A stretch of 64,000 nucleotides of DNA from the human T2T-CHM13v2.0 reference genome, Homo sapiens: NCBI RefSeq assembly GCF_009914755.1, contig NC_060931.1; one strand, 5' to 3'. Under the pieces are notes generated by a model that saw only the letters and a program-made list of their open reading frames with translations, had not been told where the DNA came from and did no database searches. A program made the position numbers and the translations under genes. The stretch's first letter is position 1. Each line of letters opens with the position of its first letter. Below are positions 14,786 through 29,400 of the stretch, in pieces.

Positions 14786-15129
14786 TAAATTCACAACGAC
14801 AAATCTTAGCTACCATTGTCAATACAGAAGAGACCTCTCCAACAATGCAAAAGTCAAAAGCATGAAATTGATGAGAATGATGTAGAAAATAAAAATGCAA
14901 TCTAAAGATAATTGGAATCTCTGTGGGAGAAAAAAAAAACAGAGCCAAAGGAGCCCAAAAATGTATTTACATCATAGACAAAAGAGAAGAACATCTTTCC
15001 AGAGCAAAATAAAAATGACTCTTTCAGTACAAACTATACCATATTGCAACTATATTAGGAAAGTAATTCCTAGCTAAGCATTTTGTGCATTTTTAAGAAC
15101 ATTTTTGAAGAATAGAAGAGTTGGGTTAT

Positions 15130-16640
15130 GGATTGCAAGAGTACATTACTTATACAAACCTATTATCAGACTGGGTGCAGTGACTCATGCCTGTAATCCC
15201 AGTGCTTTGGGAGGCTGAAGTGAGAGGATCACTTGAGGCCAGGAGCTCAATACCAGCCTAGGCAACATAGTGAAACCTTGTCTCTACCAAAAAAAAAAAA
15301 AAAAACATTAAATTAGGTGGCATGGTGGTATGTGCCTGTAGTCCAGCTACTTGGGAGGCTGAAGCAGGAGGATTGCTTGAGCTCAGGAATTCAAGGTTGC
15401 AGTGAACTATGATTGCACCACTGCACTTCAGCCTGGATGATAGGGCAAGTCCCCTTCTCTAAAAAACAAACCAACAAACAAAAACCAGATCTGTTATCAG
15501 ATATATGATTTAGAAATATTTTATTCCATTCTGTCTTTTTACTTTTTTGATGGTATCCTTTGAAACAAAAAGTTTTAAATTTTGCTGAAGTCCAGTTTTT
15601 CACGTTTAGTATTTTATCTAAGAAATCATTGCCTAAGTTTATGAGAACTTAATCCTTTCTCCTAAGAAATTTTATACTTTTAGCTCTTACATTTCCATCT
15701 GTGGTCATTTACAGTGTATTTCTGTGTATGCTATGAGGTAGGGATTCAGCTTCATTCTTTCACATATGGATATCCAGTTGGCCACAGCACCATTTGTTGA
15801 AAAAAGTAGTTTTTTCCTATTGAATTATCTTGGCACTCTTGTTGAAAATTATTTGACCTTTTTGCAAGGATTTATTTCTGAGGTCTGAATTCTGTTCATT
15901 GATCTATATGCTTATCCTCATGCCAGTATCACACTATTTTGATGACTGTAGCTTTGTAGTAAGTTTTGAAATCAGGAAGTGAATCCTCCAGTTTTGTTCT
16001 CTTGTAAAATTGCTTTGGCTAGACAGGATCCCTTGCAATTCTATATGAATTTTAGATGAGCTGGTTGATTTATTCAAAAAAGCAGCTGGGATTTTGATAA
16101 GGATTGTGTTGGTTCTGTAGGGCAACATAGGGAGTATTGTCATCTTCACATTATTGAATCATCTGATCCATGAATATCAGATTTTTTTACATTTATTTAG
16201 GTCTTCTTTATTTCAACAATGTCATGTAGTTTCCATGGTACAAGGCTTGTACTTCTTTCATTAAATATATATTTTAATAAATATGTTCCTATATTCTTTC
16301 ATTAAACATTCCTAAATATTTTCTTATATTGATATTGGTATTATTATAAACAAAACTGTTTTTTAATTAAACATGGTTTTTAAATTTAAATTTTGAATTG
16401 GGCATTGATTATTATACAGAAATGCAATAAATATGTGTATGTTGACTTGCATCTTGGAAGCTTTCTGAACTCATTTATTGGTTCCAAAAGATTTTAAAAT
16501 ATGCTCCTAAGGATTTTTTATATATCAGATTATATACTATGCAAATGGAGATCACTTTACTTCTTCCTTTCTATTCTCTATGCTATTTATTAATTTATCT
16601 CTGCCTAACTGCTCTGTTAGAATTTCTAATACAATGTTGA
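15130..16640 (-). mobile_element. Old L1 (L1MB-like) ORF2 segment, inverted portion
   Basis: Minus-strand remnants MTILPMLPYRTNTILIKIP and EWNKIFLNHISD homologous to ORF2p. Confidence 0.85.
15169..15485 (+). mobile_element. AluJ element inserted in an L1
   Basis: gaggatcacttgaggccaggag and ggattgcttgagc J-type motifs; degenerate TSD t(a/g)ttatcaga. Confidence 0.88.
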
Positions 16641-16644
16641 TGGT

Positions 16645-17325
16645 TATAAAAAATTAGAAAATAACAAGTGTTGACGAGAAAGTGAAATTGGAACCCTTGT
16701 GTATTGATGTGAACGTGTAAAATGTTCAGCTCTTGTGGAAAAGTTTAGTGGTTTCTCAAAATGTTAAATGAAATTACAATATAACCCCACAATTCCACTC
16801 TTATACACAAACCACCCAAAACTGAAAACTGGTACTCAAAGAAAACCAGGTACACAAATGTATATAGAAACATTTTTCATGTGGTGAAAACAGCCCAAAT
16901 GTCCATCCAAAGATGAATGCATAAACACATATAGTAGAATGTTATTATCCAACCATCAAAAGGAATTAAGTAGTGATAAAGGATACAACATGGATGAATC
17001 TCAAAAGCATTTTTCTTAGCAATGGAAATAGCCAGACACAAAAGATCACATATTGTATGATTCCATTTTTATCATATATCCAGAATACATATGTCTATAG
17101 AGTCAGAACTCAGATTAATGGTTGCCAGTGACTTGGAGGAAGAGAGAAAAAAAAAAAACTGCTTACAGTGTGGTGGGTTTTAGTTTGGAGTGTTGGAAAT
17201 GTTTTAAAGCTAGACAAATGTGATATTTGTATGACATTGAAGATATATTCAGTGCGATTAATTGTTCACTTTAAAATGGTTATTTTTATGTTATGTGAAT
17301 TTCACTTCAAGAATTGTTTTTAAAT
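16645..17325 (+). mobile_element. Old L1 (L1MB-like) ORF2 C-terminus and 3'UTR
   Basis: aaataacaagtgttgacgag...ttatgttatgtgaatttcacttcaa terminus. Confidence 0.85.
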
Positions 17326-17344
17326 TTAGAAGCATCCAGATTCT

Positions 17345-17965
17345 AATAAGTATATTTTGAGCCACATCTAACACCTTATCATGAAAATTAATTCAAGATG
17401 GATTATAAAAATTTAATTAGAAATGTTGATCCTAGTCTGTGACATTGGGTTAAACAAAGAGTAGCAAGATATACTAGGTAATGTAACAGATATAATACAT
17501 AAAGCATGAGCAGTAAAAGAAAAACAATGTTAAGTTATACTTCATCAAAGTATAAAACCTTTGCTCTGTGAAAAATACTGTTTAAAAGATGAAAAGACAA
17601 GCCACAGACTGGAAGAACACATTTGCAAATCACGTATCTAATAATGAATTTGTATACAGAATATATAAAAAACTATTAAAACTCAAAACTTTTTAAAAAA
17701 TGACCCAAATTTTATTAAAAATGGACAAGATTTGAACAGACACTTTGCCAAAGAAGGTATATGAATGACCAGTAGACACAAGGAAGATAGTTACTATCCT
17801 TAGCCATAAGGAACATGTAAATTAAAACCACAATGAGATACCACTTTATCTATAAGAATGGCTTAAAAAAACCTGACAACATCAAGTGCTGATGAGGATG
17901 CAGAACATGGGAAGCATTAATATATTGCTGGTGTACACAAAATGATCCAGTCACTTAGGAAAACT
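17345..17965 (+). mobile_element. Old L1 ORF2 fragment
   Basis: aagccacagactggaagaacacatttgcaaatcac and attaaaaccacaatgagatacc. Confidence 0.8.
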
Positions 17966-18424
17966 CTCAGGCAAAGAAATGCAGGGGCTGCAGCCAAAAT
18001 CAAGCCACTTCCAAGAAGTAGTCAGAGCAAGAGAATACAGATGGGGCCTCATGGTGCCTGCTACAACACCCCTGTAGCTGTATATAAGTTCTGAATTCAC
18101 CGAGGTCTCTGCTGGGTTCTGGTAAGTTGGTTGGTCCAACTATAGAATCACATAGTCTTACATTTCCCATAATGGTTTTCCTCAACCCTGACTAAGAAGC
18201 AAAAAAAGGCAGAGGAAGAATGGATGTTTTCCACCTGTGCCAGATACAAGCGACCCCAAAGCCTGCACACCAAAGCCCTGTGTGTTTCAGGTGAGCCTGC
18301 TCCATCCCAGAGAAGAGCACCCAGGGATGCTGAGAGCAGATGTCACTGGCTCCATGGGGAATGTCACCCATCAGATACAAAAAAAAAAAAAAGTGCTTCC
18401 AGTTTGAGGTCCCTGAGTGAGCAT

Positions 18425-18725
18425 ATAGTGAAGAAGAATGAGTACAAGGAGGGTGAAGGGAAGAGGTGAAGGATAAGGGGGAAGAAGGGAAGGGGGAGTG
18501 AGAGCTGAAAAAAGGGATGGGGTAAGCAAGTGGGGAAGGGAGAGGAAGGGAAAGCAAGAGAAGGAAGGGAGGGATGGGGAAGATGAAAGGAGGGAAGGAG
18601 AGGAGGGGGAAGGGAGACAAGGAAAACAGGAAGAGGAGAGGGAAGGGGAAGGGAGGGGGAGAAGGGAGCGTGGAGTGAAGGAAGGGAGAGGGAAGAGGAT
18701 GGAGGGGCAGCAAGGGGAAGGGAAA
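18425..18725. repeat. Purine-rich (G/A) low-complexity tract
   Basis: ~300 bp almost entirely G/A on the + strand. Confidence 0.9.
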
Positions 18726-19009
18726 AAACAAAAGCCCTGTTTTCTGCCAGTGTCTGATCTGGGTCACAAGGTCCTCACCAGGGCAGCCCTGCTGTTGACT
18801 CATAGAAATAGGCCTAGGAATGCAGCTTTTCATGTAGATTAAGATCCCCTGGGAACTGTCTCCATATTTGCCTCTCCTTAGGCTCCCTGTGCCCAGTGCT
18901 ATTTATATTTCTAGGAGATTTAAATATGGGTCACATGATTATGAGTCCTGAAATTCTGAGGCTGGGCCCCACTTTTTTCATCTCTTTCTTCAAAGAACTG
19001 AGTCTAATT

Positions 19010-19295
19010 AATTTTTTTACATCAGTTTTATCAGCTGTAGTTTTCACAGAATAAAATGCACTTATTTAAAATGTTCAGCTTGATGAGTTTTGACAAATGT
19101 ATGTACTCATATAAGCACTGCCTCAGTCAAGGTACAGAACAGTCCCATCATCCCTAAACATTTCTCAAGCCCTTTACGGTCCATGTCTGCCCCAACCCAA
19201 GCTCCAGAAACCAAACTCTGCTTTCTGTTAAAATTGATAAGGTTTGAGAGGAAACTGATCAATTTTCTGGAATTTCATGTAAATGGAATTACACA
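19010..19295 (-). mobile_element. Old L1 3'UTR fragment
   Basis: ttcagcttgatgagttttgacaaatgtatg...tttcatgtaaatggaatt. Confidence 0.7.
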
Positions 19296-19879
19296 GTAAA
19301 AGAAAGAAAGCAAAATAAAGAAACCCTTAATGGTTGCCATAGGGTTTACAATATAAAATACACATTAACTTACCAGAGTATCCTCCCTATTTCTATAAAC
19401 TTAATCCAGTGTGTTATAGAAACTTCACCCTACATAGCTCCAATCACCACACTCATTTTGTTATACAGTTGTTGTATGTTATAAAACCAACAATACATCA
19501 TAATTTTTACTTTATGTAATTCTGTGCTGCTTAAAGGAGTTGAGAGATAAACAGAGTGGAAATGTATATCTAGGGAGATTTATATGTTAACCTCTTCACC
19601 TATCATTGAAGGCTCTTTCATCTCTTCCTGTGAAATTGACTTAGCATTTGGTATAATTTCTTTTTTCTAATATAGCTTTGTTCTCCCCACCTTCTGTGTG
19701 ATAATATTTGAAATATATTATATTCATATAGATTTTGGGCCCAATAATATAATTATATACTAAGATCTTATGCAATGACTTTTAAATCAGTTAAGGCAAA
19801 AAAGTAGAAAAATATCCAATTATACTGTCTTTTATGCTTACCTATATAATTACCTTTTCTGGTGATTGTTGTTTATTCA

Positions 19880-20988
<1,109 letters not shown>

Positions 20989-20993
20989 GTGAT

Positions 20994-21392
20994 TGCTGTA
21001 GCTCGTTTTCTGTTGCTTATAACAAAATACCTGAAGCTGGAAATTTATAAGGAAAAGAAATGTATTTCTGACTGTTACGGGTGCTGAAAAGTCCAAGGTC
21101 AAGGGGCTGCATCTGGAGAAGGCCTCTCTGAAATCCCATGACAGTGTAGAGTATCACATGGCCCAGTGACTGAACGTGCTAATGCATTGGCTCAGTCTCT
21201 CTTTCTCTTCTTATGAAGCCACCAGTTCTGCTCCCATGATAACCTATTAATCCATTAAGGGATGAATCTATTCATGGGGGTGGAACCCTCATGCCCAAGT
21301 CACCTCTGACAGCCCCTACCTGTCAGTACTGCCATATTGGGGATTAAGTTTGAACATGAGTTTCAGAGGGAGCAAACATTCAAACCATAGCA
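20994..21392 (-). mobile_element. MST (MaLR) solo LTR
   Basis: TG...caaaccatagCA with 5-bp TSD GTGAT (20989-20993, 21393-21397). Confidence 0.88.
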
Positions 21393-24300
21393 GTGATCTT
21401 TGTTTATTAACCTGGATTTGAATTATTGGTGTCACTTTTCTTCATTCTGACAAAATTTCTTTAGTACTTATATAAGATGAAAGGTTTGCTAGCAATACAT
21501 TCTCTCAACTTTTGTTTATCTAGAAATGATTTTATTTTGCCATCTTTTTTCTCTATGTGTCACAACTCTTCAAATAAACACTTACCTTTTAAAGTAGTTT
21601 TTAGACTGCTTTATATCTAATACATTTATAGAAAAATAGTACAGAAACTTTCTATATACTCTGTACCTCACATTCACTATTATTAATACCCTATACTAGT
21701 ATGTTACATTTGTTTAACGAATGAACCAATATGGATATTTTATTGTAAACTGAAGTCTATATGCAGATTTTCTTAGTTTTTAACCTAGTAATTTTTCTGT
21801 TCCAGGATTCCACTTGGGATGCCACATTACATTTGGCTGTTATATCTCCTGGGACTCCTTGTGGTTGTGACGGTTCCTCAGATTTTCCTTCTTTTTGTAG
21901 ACCTTCAAAGTTCTGAGGAGGACAGGTCAGGAATTTTGTGCAATGTCTCTCAGCCGACATTTGTCTGAGATGTTCCTCATAATTCCTTGGGTTACAGGTT
22001 TATAGTGGAAAACAGAGGCTAACGGGCCTTTTCATCACATCATGGAATTGGTACACGCTATCAACATGACTTACACTATTGATGTTGATCTCAGTCACAT
22101 AGCTGAGGTTGTGTTGGTCAGGTTTCTTCACTGTCAAGTAGCTTTTTTTCCCTTTACAAACTATACTCTTCGGAAGAAAATTACTATGCACAGCCCACAC
22201 TCAAGAAGAAAGTGCACCTCTTTTTGACAATGGGGTATTTACATAATTTTTTTTTTAGTTTTTCTGCATAGGATATTGGCCTCTTTTCCCCCACTTATTT
22301 ATTTGATCATATCTGTATGAACTCATGGATATTTATCCTATAATTTGAGTTATAATCCAATACTACTTTACTTTCTTGCTCAAATTGTTCCAGTTTTGGC
22401 CTATGGTGGTTCTTTCAATTGGCTCCCATGTCCATTTGACATACCCTAATCATGGTGGGGTTTTAAATTTTGGGAGCACTTTCTCACTTTCTTGTGCCAC
22501 ATGGTGTTTCAGGCTCATCTTATAGATTTCCTCCTAAAGTCCTAGAATCACCCATTTCTCCAGGTAGTCCCAGTTCTTTGTATTGGAGTAAGGGTTTTGA
22601 AAGCAAGATCTGGGCTAATGGTGTCCTCAGTGTTGGGCATCAGTGGTGGGGATAGGGGGAGAGTCTCAGCTTTTACACTCCCCAAGCTGAGAGTGAAAGA
22701 AAATAAATGTGAGTATATTCATCCCTATAAGTATGCATATCTATAAACATTTCTCTGTGTAAAAACCTGTATCTATATTAAGTTAAACATGAATTCTTGC
22801 TGATGTCAACAACCTAAACATTACCATATGGGTCCTCTTCACCCCGTTCCCTTACCAGTCTGTGAATTTCCACTCCAACTGCAAGAAGCCTCCTCCCACC
22901 ACCTGCCAGCCATTGACTTAATTCTTCTGTCCCAGCCAGGATACATGTTTAGTTGTCTCAGAACTGTTGACCCAGAGCCTCATGGAATACACTCTAGTTG
23001 TCTTTCATCTTACAATCTTTACTCATTTTTACAGTTACTTAGATCAGAACTTTTTCCCTTCACCCATTCAATAAGATTATTTTATACATTTAAAATAGAG
23101 TTAGATTGTTTTCTCACAGTTTGCATTCAATTTGGGGATCTATTGACCTCTAATTTTTTTAAAATTTCTATTTAATACATTTTATTCTTCAGGCTCTGAA
23201 GTTCTATGAGTTCTGACAATTGCAGTGTCATGTATCCACCATTAGAGTATTATACAGAATAGATTTACCATCCCAAAAAATGCCCTGTATTTCACCTATT
23301 CAACCCTGAAGCCCCAGGGACCACTGAATTTTTATTGTTGCTGTAGTTTAGCTTTTTCCAGTCTGTTATATAATTGGAAGAATATGCTATTTAGCCTTTT
23401 TGACTTTTTTTTTTTACATATAAATACACTTAAGTTTCATCCATGGTGTTTCATATATTGATAGTCCATTTCTTTTTATCATGCAATAATAGTCCACTAT
23501 ATGGATGCACCATAGTTTTTTTAATTTATTCACTTATTAAAGGACATTTTGGTTATTACCACTTTCTGTTAATTATTAATAAACTTGCAATAAGTATTCA
23601 CATGAAGTTTTTATGTGGACATAAGTATTCAAATCAGTTCAGTAAATATCTAGGAAAACAATATATGAATGATATGATATAGTAATAATTAGCTTTGTAA
23701 GCAATTCCCAAACTGTTTTCCAATGTAGATGTACCATTTTGCATTCCCACTAACCAGTATGAATAACAATTTTCATAGAACAACAGCCTCACCAGCAACT
23801 GATAATGTCAGTTTTTTAGCCCTTCTAATAGGTATGTACTCACATCTAACTGTTGTCTTAACTTGCAATTGTCCAAGGATAAATTGGGGCATCTTTTCAT
23901 ATGCATATTTGCCATCTGTGTATCTTATTTGGTGCAGTCTCTGCACTATTTTGCCCATTTAAATTGGATTGTATTTTGTCTTATTATTTTAGTTTTAAGA
24001 GTGATTTGTATATTTTAGATATCAGTCCTTTACTAGGCTTATGTTTTGCAAAGATTATTTTCTAATATGTGCTATATCTTTTCATTATTTTAATAGTTTA
24101 TTTTGCAGAGTAGATGTTTTTAATTTTAACAAAGTCTGACTAATCTTTTTTTCCTTTCCTTTCATAAATTATGCTTTTTGTGTTGTATCTAAAACCTCAT
24201 CACCGAGTTCAAGGTTACATGAATTTTATCCTGTTTCCTTTTAGATTTTTACTTTGCATTTTTACATTAAGGTGATGATCCATTTTAAGATAGTTTGTGT

Positions 24301-25148
24301 GAAAGTTGCAAATCCTATGTTTAAGCTTATTTTATTTATTTTCTTTTTGGCATAGACAAGTCCAGTGTTTTCAGCAACATTTGTGGAAAAAACAGCCTAC
24401 TTTCCATTGAATTGCGTTTGCTGCTTTGTCAAGACCAGGTGAACATATTTTTGTTGACACATTTCAGGGTTCTCTATTATGTTGCAGTATCCTGTGTGTG
24501 TATTCTTTTCTAATACCATGGTATCTTGATTACTGTGTCTTTGCAACAAGTCTTGAAGTTGTGTAGTGTCAATCCTTCAATTTTTTTTCCTGCAATATTG
24601 TATTGGCTATTCTGAGTCTTTTCCCTTTTCAGATAAACTTTGAAACAACTTTTTCAATATCTACAACATAGCTTACTGAGATTTTGATAGAGATTGCTAA
24701 TGATCTATAAATCAAGTTGGAAATAATTGACATCTTAACAATATTGATTCTTTCACTCTGTGAACATAGAATGTTTCCATTTATTTAGATCTTTCTTGTT
24801 TTCTTTCACCAGAATTATGTGACATCCTCTATACAGATGCTGTGTATATTTTGTTAGATTTATAGCCAAATATTTTATATCCTTGCTGCTAATGTAAATG
24901 CTATTATGTTTTTACTCTTTAATTTGAATTATTTGTTGTTGGTATATAGAAAAGCAATTGACTTTCAGCGTTAATATTTGATCTTATAACAGGTTTATTT
25001 GTTCTAGGAGTATTTTTCTTAAGTCTGGGATTTGCTGCATAAACAATCATGCCCTATCTGTCCACATTTTATATTTTCCTTTTCTTGTCTTATTTCACTA
25101 GCTATGGCTTCCATGTTGAATAGGAATGGTAAGAAGGAACATCATTGC

Positions 25149-25542
25149 TGTATTAGTCCGTTCTCACACTACTGAAACAACATACCTGAGACTGGGTAAT
25201 TTATGGATAAAAGAGGTTTAATTGACTCACAGTTCCACAGGCTGTACAGGAGGCACAGCTGGGGAGGCCTCAGAAAACTTAGAAGCATGGTGGAAAGTGA
25301 AGGGGAAGAAAGTAAGTCTTACCATGGTGGGGCAGGAGAGAGAGGGCAAGAGAGAATGACGGGGGAAGTGCTACACATTTTCAAACAACCAGATCTCATG
25401 AAGACTCACTCACTATCACAACAACAGCCAGGGGGAAATCCGCCCCCATGATCTAATCACCTCCTACCAGGTCCCTCCCCTAACATTAGGGATTACAATT
25501 CTACATGAGATTTGGGTGGGAACACAAAGCCAAACCATATAA
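25149..25542 (-). mobile_element. MSTA (MaLR) solo LTR
   Basis: tgtattagtccgttctcac...caaaccatat; TSD ATTGC (25144-25148, 25543-25547). Confidence 0.9.
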
Positions 25543-27034
25543 ATTGCCTTTGTCCCGATCTTAAGAGAAAAGCATCCAGTTTATCACCATCAAGTATGAT
25601 GTTAAGTGCAGTTTCCTTGGACATGTTCTTCCTACGTTGAGGAAGTTCTCTATTCTTAGCTTGCTGATTTTTTTTTAATGAATACATGTTGAATTTAGTC
25701 AAATACTTTTATCCATGTCAATTGATAAGATCATAATGTTTGTTTCTTCAGGTTGTTCATGTGGTGGATTAAATTAATTCATATCTGATGTTTAAAGAAG
25801 ACTCGTATACCTGAAATAAATTCCAGATGATTGTGTTGAATAATTCTTTTAAACATTGCTGGATTCAATTTGCCAGTAATTTGTTGATGATTATTAAATT
25901 TGTGTTCAAAAAAGATATTGGTCTGCAGTTTTTCTTTCTCATAATGTCTTTATCTATTTTTTGTGTTAGGATGGAATAATGCTGGCTTCAAAGAATTAGA
26001 AAGCAGTTTTTCTGCTTCAATTTTGTGAAAGATATTGAGAGGATTTGTTTTGTTTAGTTTTTCTCCCTTAAATATTTGGTAGGCCTCACCAGTGAAACAA
26101 TGTAGCTTTATTTTTTCAGAGGGCTAGTATTTATTAATTTAATTTGTTTAATAGATTTAGATTATTTGGATTATCTATTTATACTTGTGTTAGTGTTGTT
26201 AGCTTGTGTCTTCATTTTATATCAGTTGCCAAATTTTGGGAAACAGTGTTGTACCCATCAATCCTTTACTTTTTTTTAATATCTAGCTGATCTGCAGGAA
26301 GCATCCTTCTCTTATTTCTGACATTGGTAATTTTAGTCTTCTTTCTTTTGATCTTGGTTAGCCTGGATAGTAGTTTATCAATTTTATCAATCTTTTTTGA
26401 AAGACCAACTTTTGATTATGATGATTTTCTCTATTGTTTTCTTGTTTTCAATCTCATTGATTCCTGCTCTAAATTTTATTATTTCTTTTCCTCTGCTTGT
26501 TTTAGGCTTAAATTTCTTCTCTTTCTCTACTTTTTAAGGAGAATCTTAGATTATGGCTTTTACATTCTTTAAATATATACATTTAATGCTATACATTTCT
26601 AATCACTGTTTTTGTTGCATCACAAAATTTTGATAGGTTATACTTTTATTTTCATTAAATCAAAGATCATGTGTAATATCTCTTCAGACTTTTTCTTTGA
26701 CACATATTATTTAGAAGTGTGCTGTTTAATCTTTGAATACTTGAAGAAATTCCAGCTGTCTTTATGTGATTTATATCTAATCTAAATCTATTGTGGTCTG
26801 AGAGTACACATTGCAGGATTTCTATTATTTTAAATTTGTCTAGTTGTGTTTTATTGATCAGGATGTTGTCTACCTTGGTGAGTGTTCCATGTGAGTCTGA
26901 GAGGAATATGTATTCTGCTGTTGTTGGGTCGAGCATCCTATAAATACCAACTAGATCAAGTTGATCAATAGTGCTCTTCAGGTCGAATTTATCCGTTCCG
27001 ACTTTCTAGTCTACATGATCTGTTATTTACTCTT

Positions 27035-27393
27035 TTTTTTTTATTATACTTTAAGTTTTGGGGTACATGTGCACAATGTGCAGGTTAGTTACATATGTAT
27101 ACATGTGCCATGCTGGTGTGCTGCACCCATTAACTCGTCATTTAGCATTAGGTATATCTCCTAAAGCTATCCCTCCCCCCTCCCCCCACCCCACAACGGT
27201 CCCCAGAGTGTGATCTTCCCCTTCCTGTGTCCATGTGTTCTCATTGTTCAATTCCCGCCTATAAGTGAGAATATGCGGTGTTTGGTTTTTTGTTCTTGCA
27301 ATAGTTTACTGAGAATGATGATTTCCAATTTCATTCATGTCCCTACAAAGGACATTAACTCATCATTTTTTATGGCTGCATAGTATTCCATGG
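27035..27393 (-). mobile_element. 5'-truncated young L1 (L1PA3-like), ~360 bp
   Basis: 3'UTR with gctaaatgacgagttaatggg in L1 sense; 14-bp TSD tgttatttactctt (27021-27034, 27394-27407). Confidence 0.92.
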
Positions 27394-27724
27394 TGTTATT
27401 TACTCTTAAGATGTCTTCAACTGTAAATGGTGACTTTGTCTATTTCTCTTTGCAGTTTTGTCAACTTTTCTCCTCATGTATTCTGATGCTTTGTCCTAGT
27501 TGCTTATACATTTAAAATTATTATGACTTCTTGGAGAATTTGGCTCCTTATCATTATATAATGTCCCTCTTTATACCTGATAATTTTCCTTGTTTTGAGT
27601 CTGCTTTGCCTGAAATTAATATAGCTACTTGTTAGGACTGTATTTTCTTTTCCTCTCTTTTACTTTTAGTATATCAATGCCTTTATATTTCAAGTAAATA
27701 TTTGGTGCACAACACATAGTTTTT

Positions 27725-28061
27725 TTGTTTTTTGTTTTTCTTTTTTTTTTTTTTTTTTTTTTTTTTGAGAGGGAGTCTAGCACTGTCGCCCAGGCTGGAG
27801 TGCAGTGGCGCGATCTCCGCTCACTGCAAGCTCCGCCTCCCGGGTTCACGCCACGCCATTCTCCTGGCTCAGCCTCCCGAGTAGCTGGGACTATGGGTGC
27901 TCGCCACCACGCCCAGCTAATTTTTTTTTTTGTATTTTAAGTAGAGATGGGGTTTCACCGTGTTAGCCAGGATGGTCTCGATCTCCTGACCTCGTGATCC
28001 GCCCGCCCGCCTCGGCCTCCCAGAGTGCTGGGATTACAGGCGTGAGCCACCGTGCCCGGCC
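27725..28061 (-). mobile_element. AluY
   Basis: cactgcaagctccgcc and gttagccaggatggtctcgatc Y diagnostics; long tail; TSD acacatagttttt (27712-27724, 28063-28075). Confidence 0.95.
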
Positions 28062-29103
28062 CACACATAGTTTTTAATCTACTCTGTCATTCTCTTTTAA
28101 ATGGTGCTTTTAGAACATTTATATTTTAAAAAGTATTCAGATAGTTGGAAATATATATGCCATATTTGAAACCGTTTTCTATTCATTGCTTTTATTCTTT
28201 GTTTTTTTCTCCTTAATTTGGTTTTAATTATTTTATGTAATTCCATCTTCCCTCTTATCAGATCAACTATACTTTCTTTTTTAGTGGTTTCTTTAGAGTT
28301 TGCAATATGCATTTACGAGTAATCCAAATTCACTTTCAAATGAAACAATATGGGTAATTCAGGTTTGTTTTAACAGAATATTCTCAATCCTTCCCTCCTA
28401 TTCCTGATAAAATAGTTGTCTTTGGTGTCACTTATCCAATAATAGATATCGGAATCTATTATATTAATTCTGATAAAGAAATATAGAAGATTTTATTATG
28501 TTATTTATACTATCTCTGGTGCTTTTCCTTTCTTTTTGTATACTTGAGCTTCTGACCTATATTATTTCCTTCTTTCTGTTGAACTTAATTTTTTTTTTTG
28601 CATGGTAGTTGTGCTGATGATGAATTGTCTCAGTTTGTCAGAAAAATTATCATTTCTCTTTCGCTTTGAAGAAAAATTTTCTTCATAGAGGACTTTTTTT
28701 TCTTTCAGTACTGTAAATGTTTTACTGTATTTTTTACCCGACTTCTTTCAAAATGTTCATATTGTCTTTGGTTTTTCCAGTTTGGAATATAATAGGTATT
28801 GATATTTTAGGTGTTTATTTCGGTTGGTGTTTAGTGAACTTCTTAAATCTGTGGTTTAGTATCTGACATTAAATTTGGAAAGTTGTCAGCCATTATTGTG
28901 CCAAATATTTATTCTGCTTTATTCTCTTTTGCTTCTCTTTATTGTAATTACATATATGTTCACTGATTAAATTGTTCCATTGCTCTTAATTTTTCTGTTT
29001 TTTCTCTTTGTATTTTGGTTTGGGAAGTTTCTATTCACATCTCTTTAAGGTTGCTGATTCTTTCTTTACCTATGCTCAGTCTACTGATGAGCCCATCAAA
29101 GAC

Positions 29104-29400
29104 TTTTTTTATTATACTTTAAGTTTTAGGGTACATGTGCACAACGTGCAGGTCGGTTACATATGTATACATGTGCCATGTTGGTGTGCTGCACCCATTA
29201 ACTCTTCATTTAACAATAGGTATATCTCCTAATGCTATCCCTCCCCCCTCCTCCCACCCCACAACAGGCCCCGGTGTATGATGTTCCCCTTCCTGTGTCC
29301 ATGTGTTCTCATTGTTTAATTCCCACCTATGAGTGAGAACATGCGGTGTTTGGTTTTTTTGTCCTTGTGATAGTTTGCTGAGAATGATGAAGCTGGAAAC
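29104..29400 (-). mobile_element. 5'-truncated L1PA4/5-like element with an 11-bp 5' inversion
   Basis: Primate L1 3'UTR; TSD caaagac (29097-29103, 29401-29407). Confidence 0.9.

Noticed and set aside
18192-18842. 213-aa Pro/Phe-rich (-) and 114-aa Glu/Gly/Arg-rich (+) ORFs
   Set aside because: They are translations of the low-complexity purine tract, which lacks stop codons
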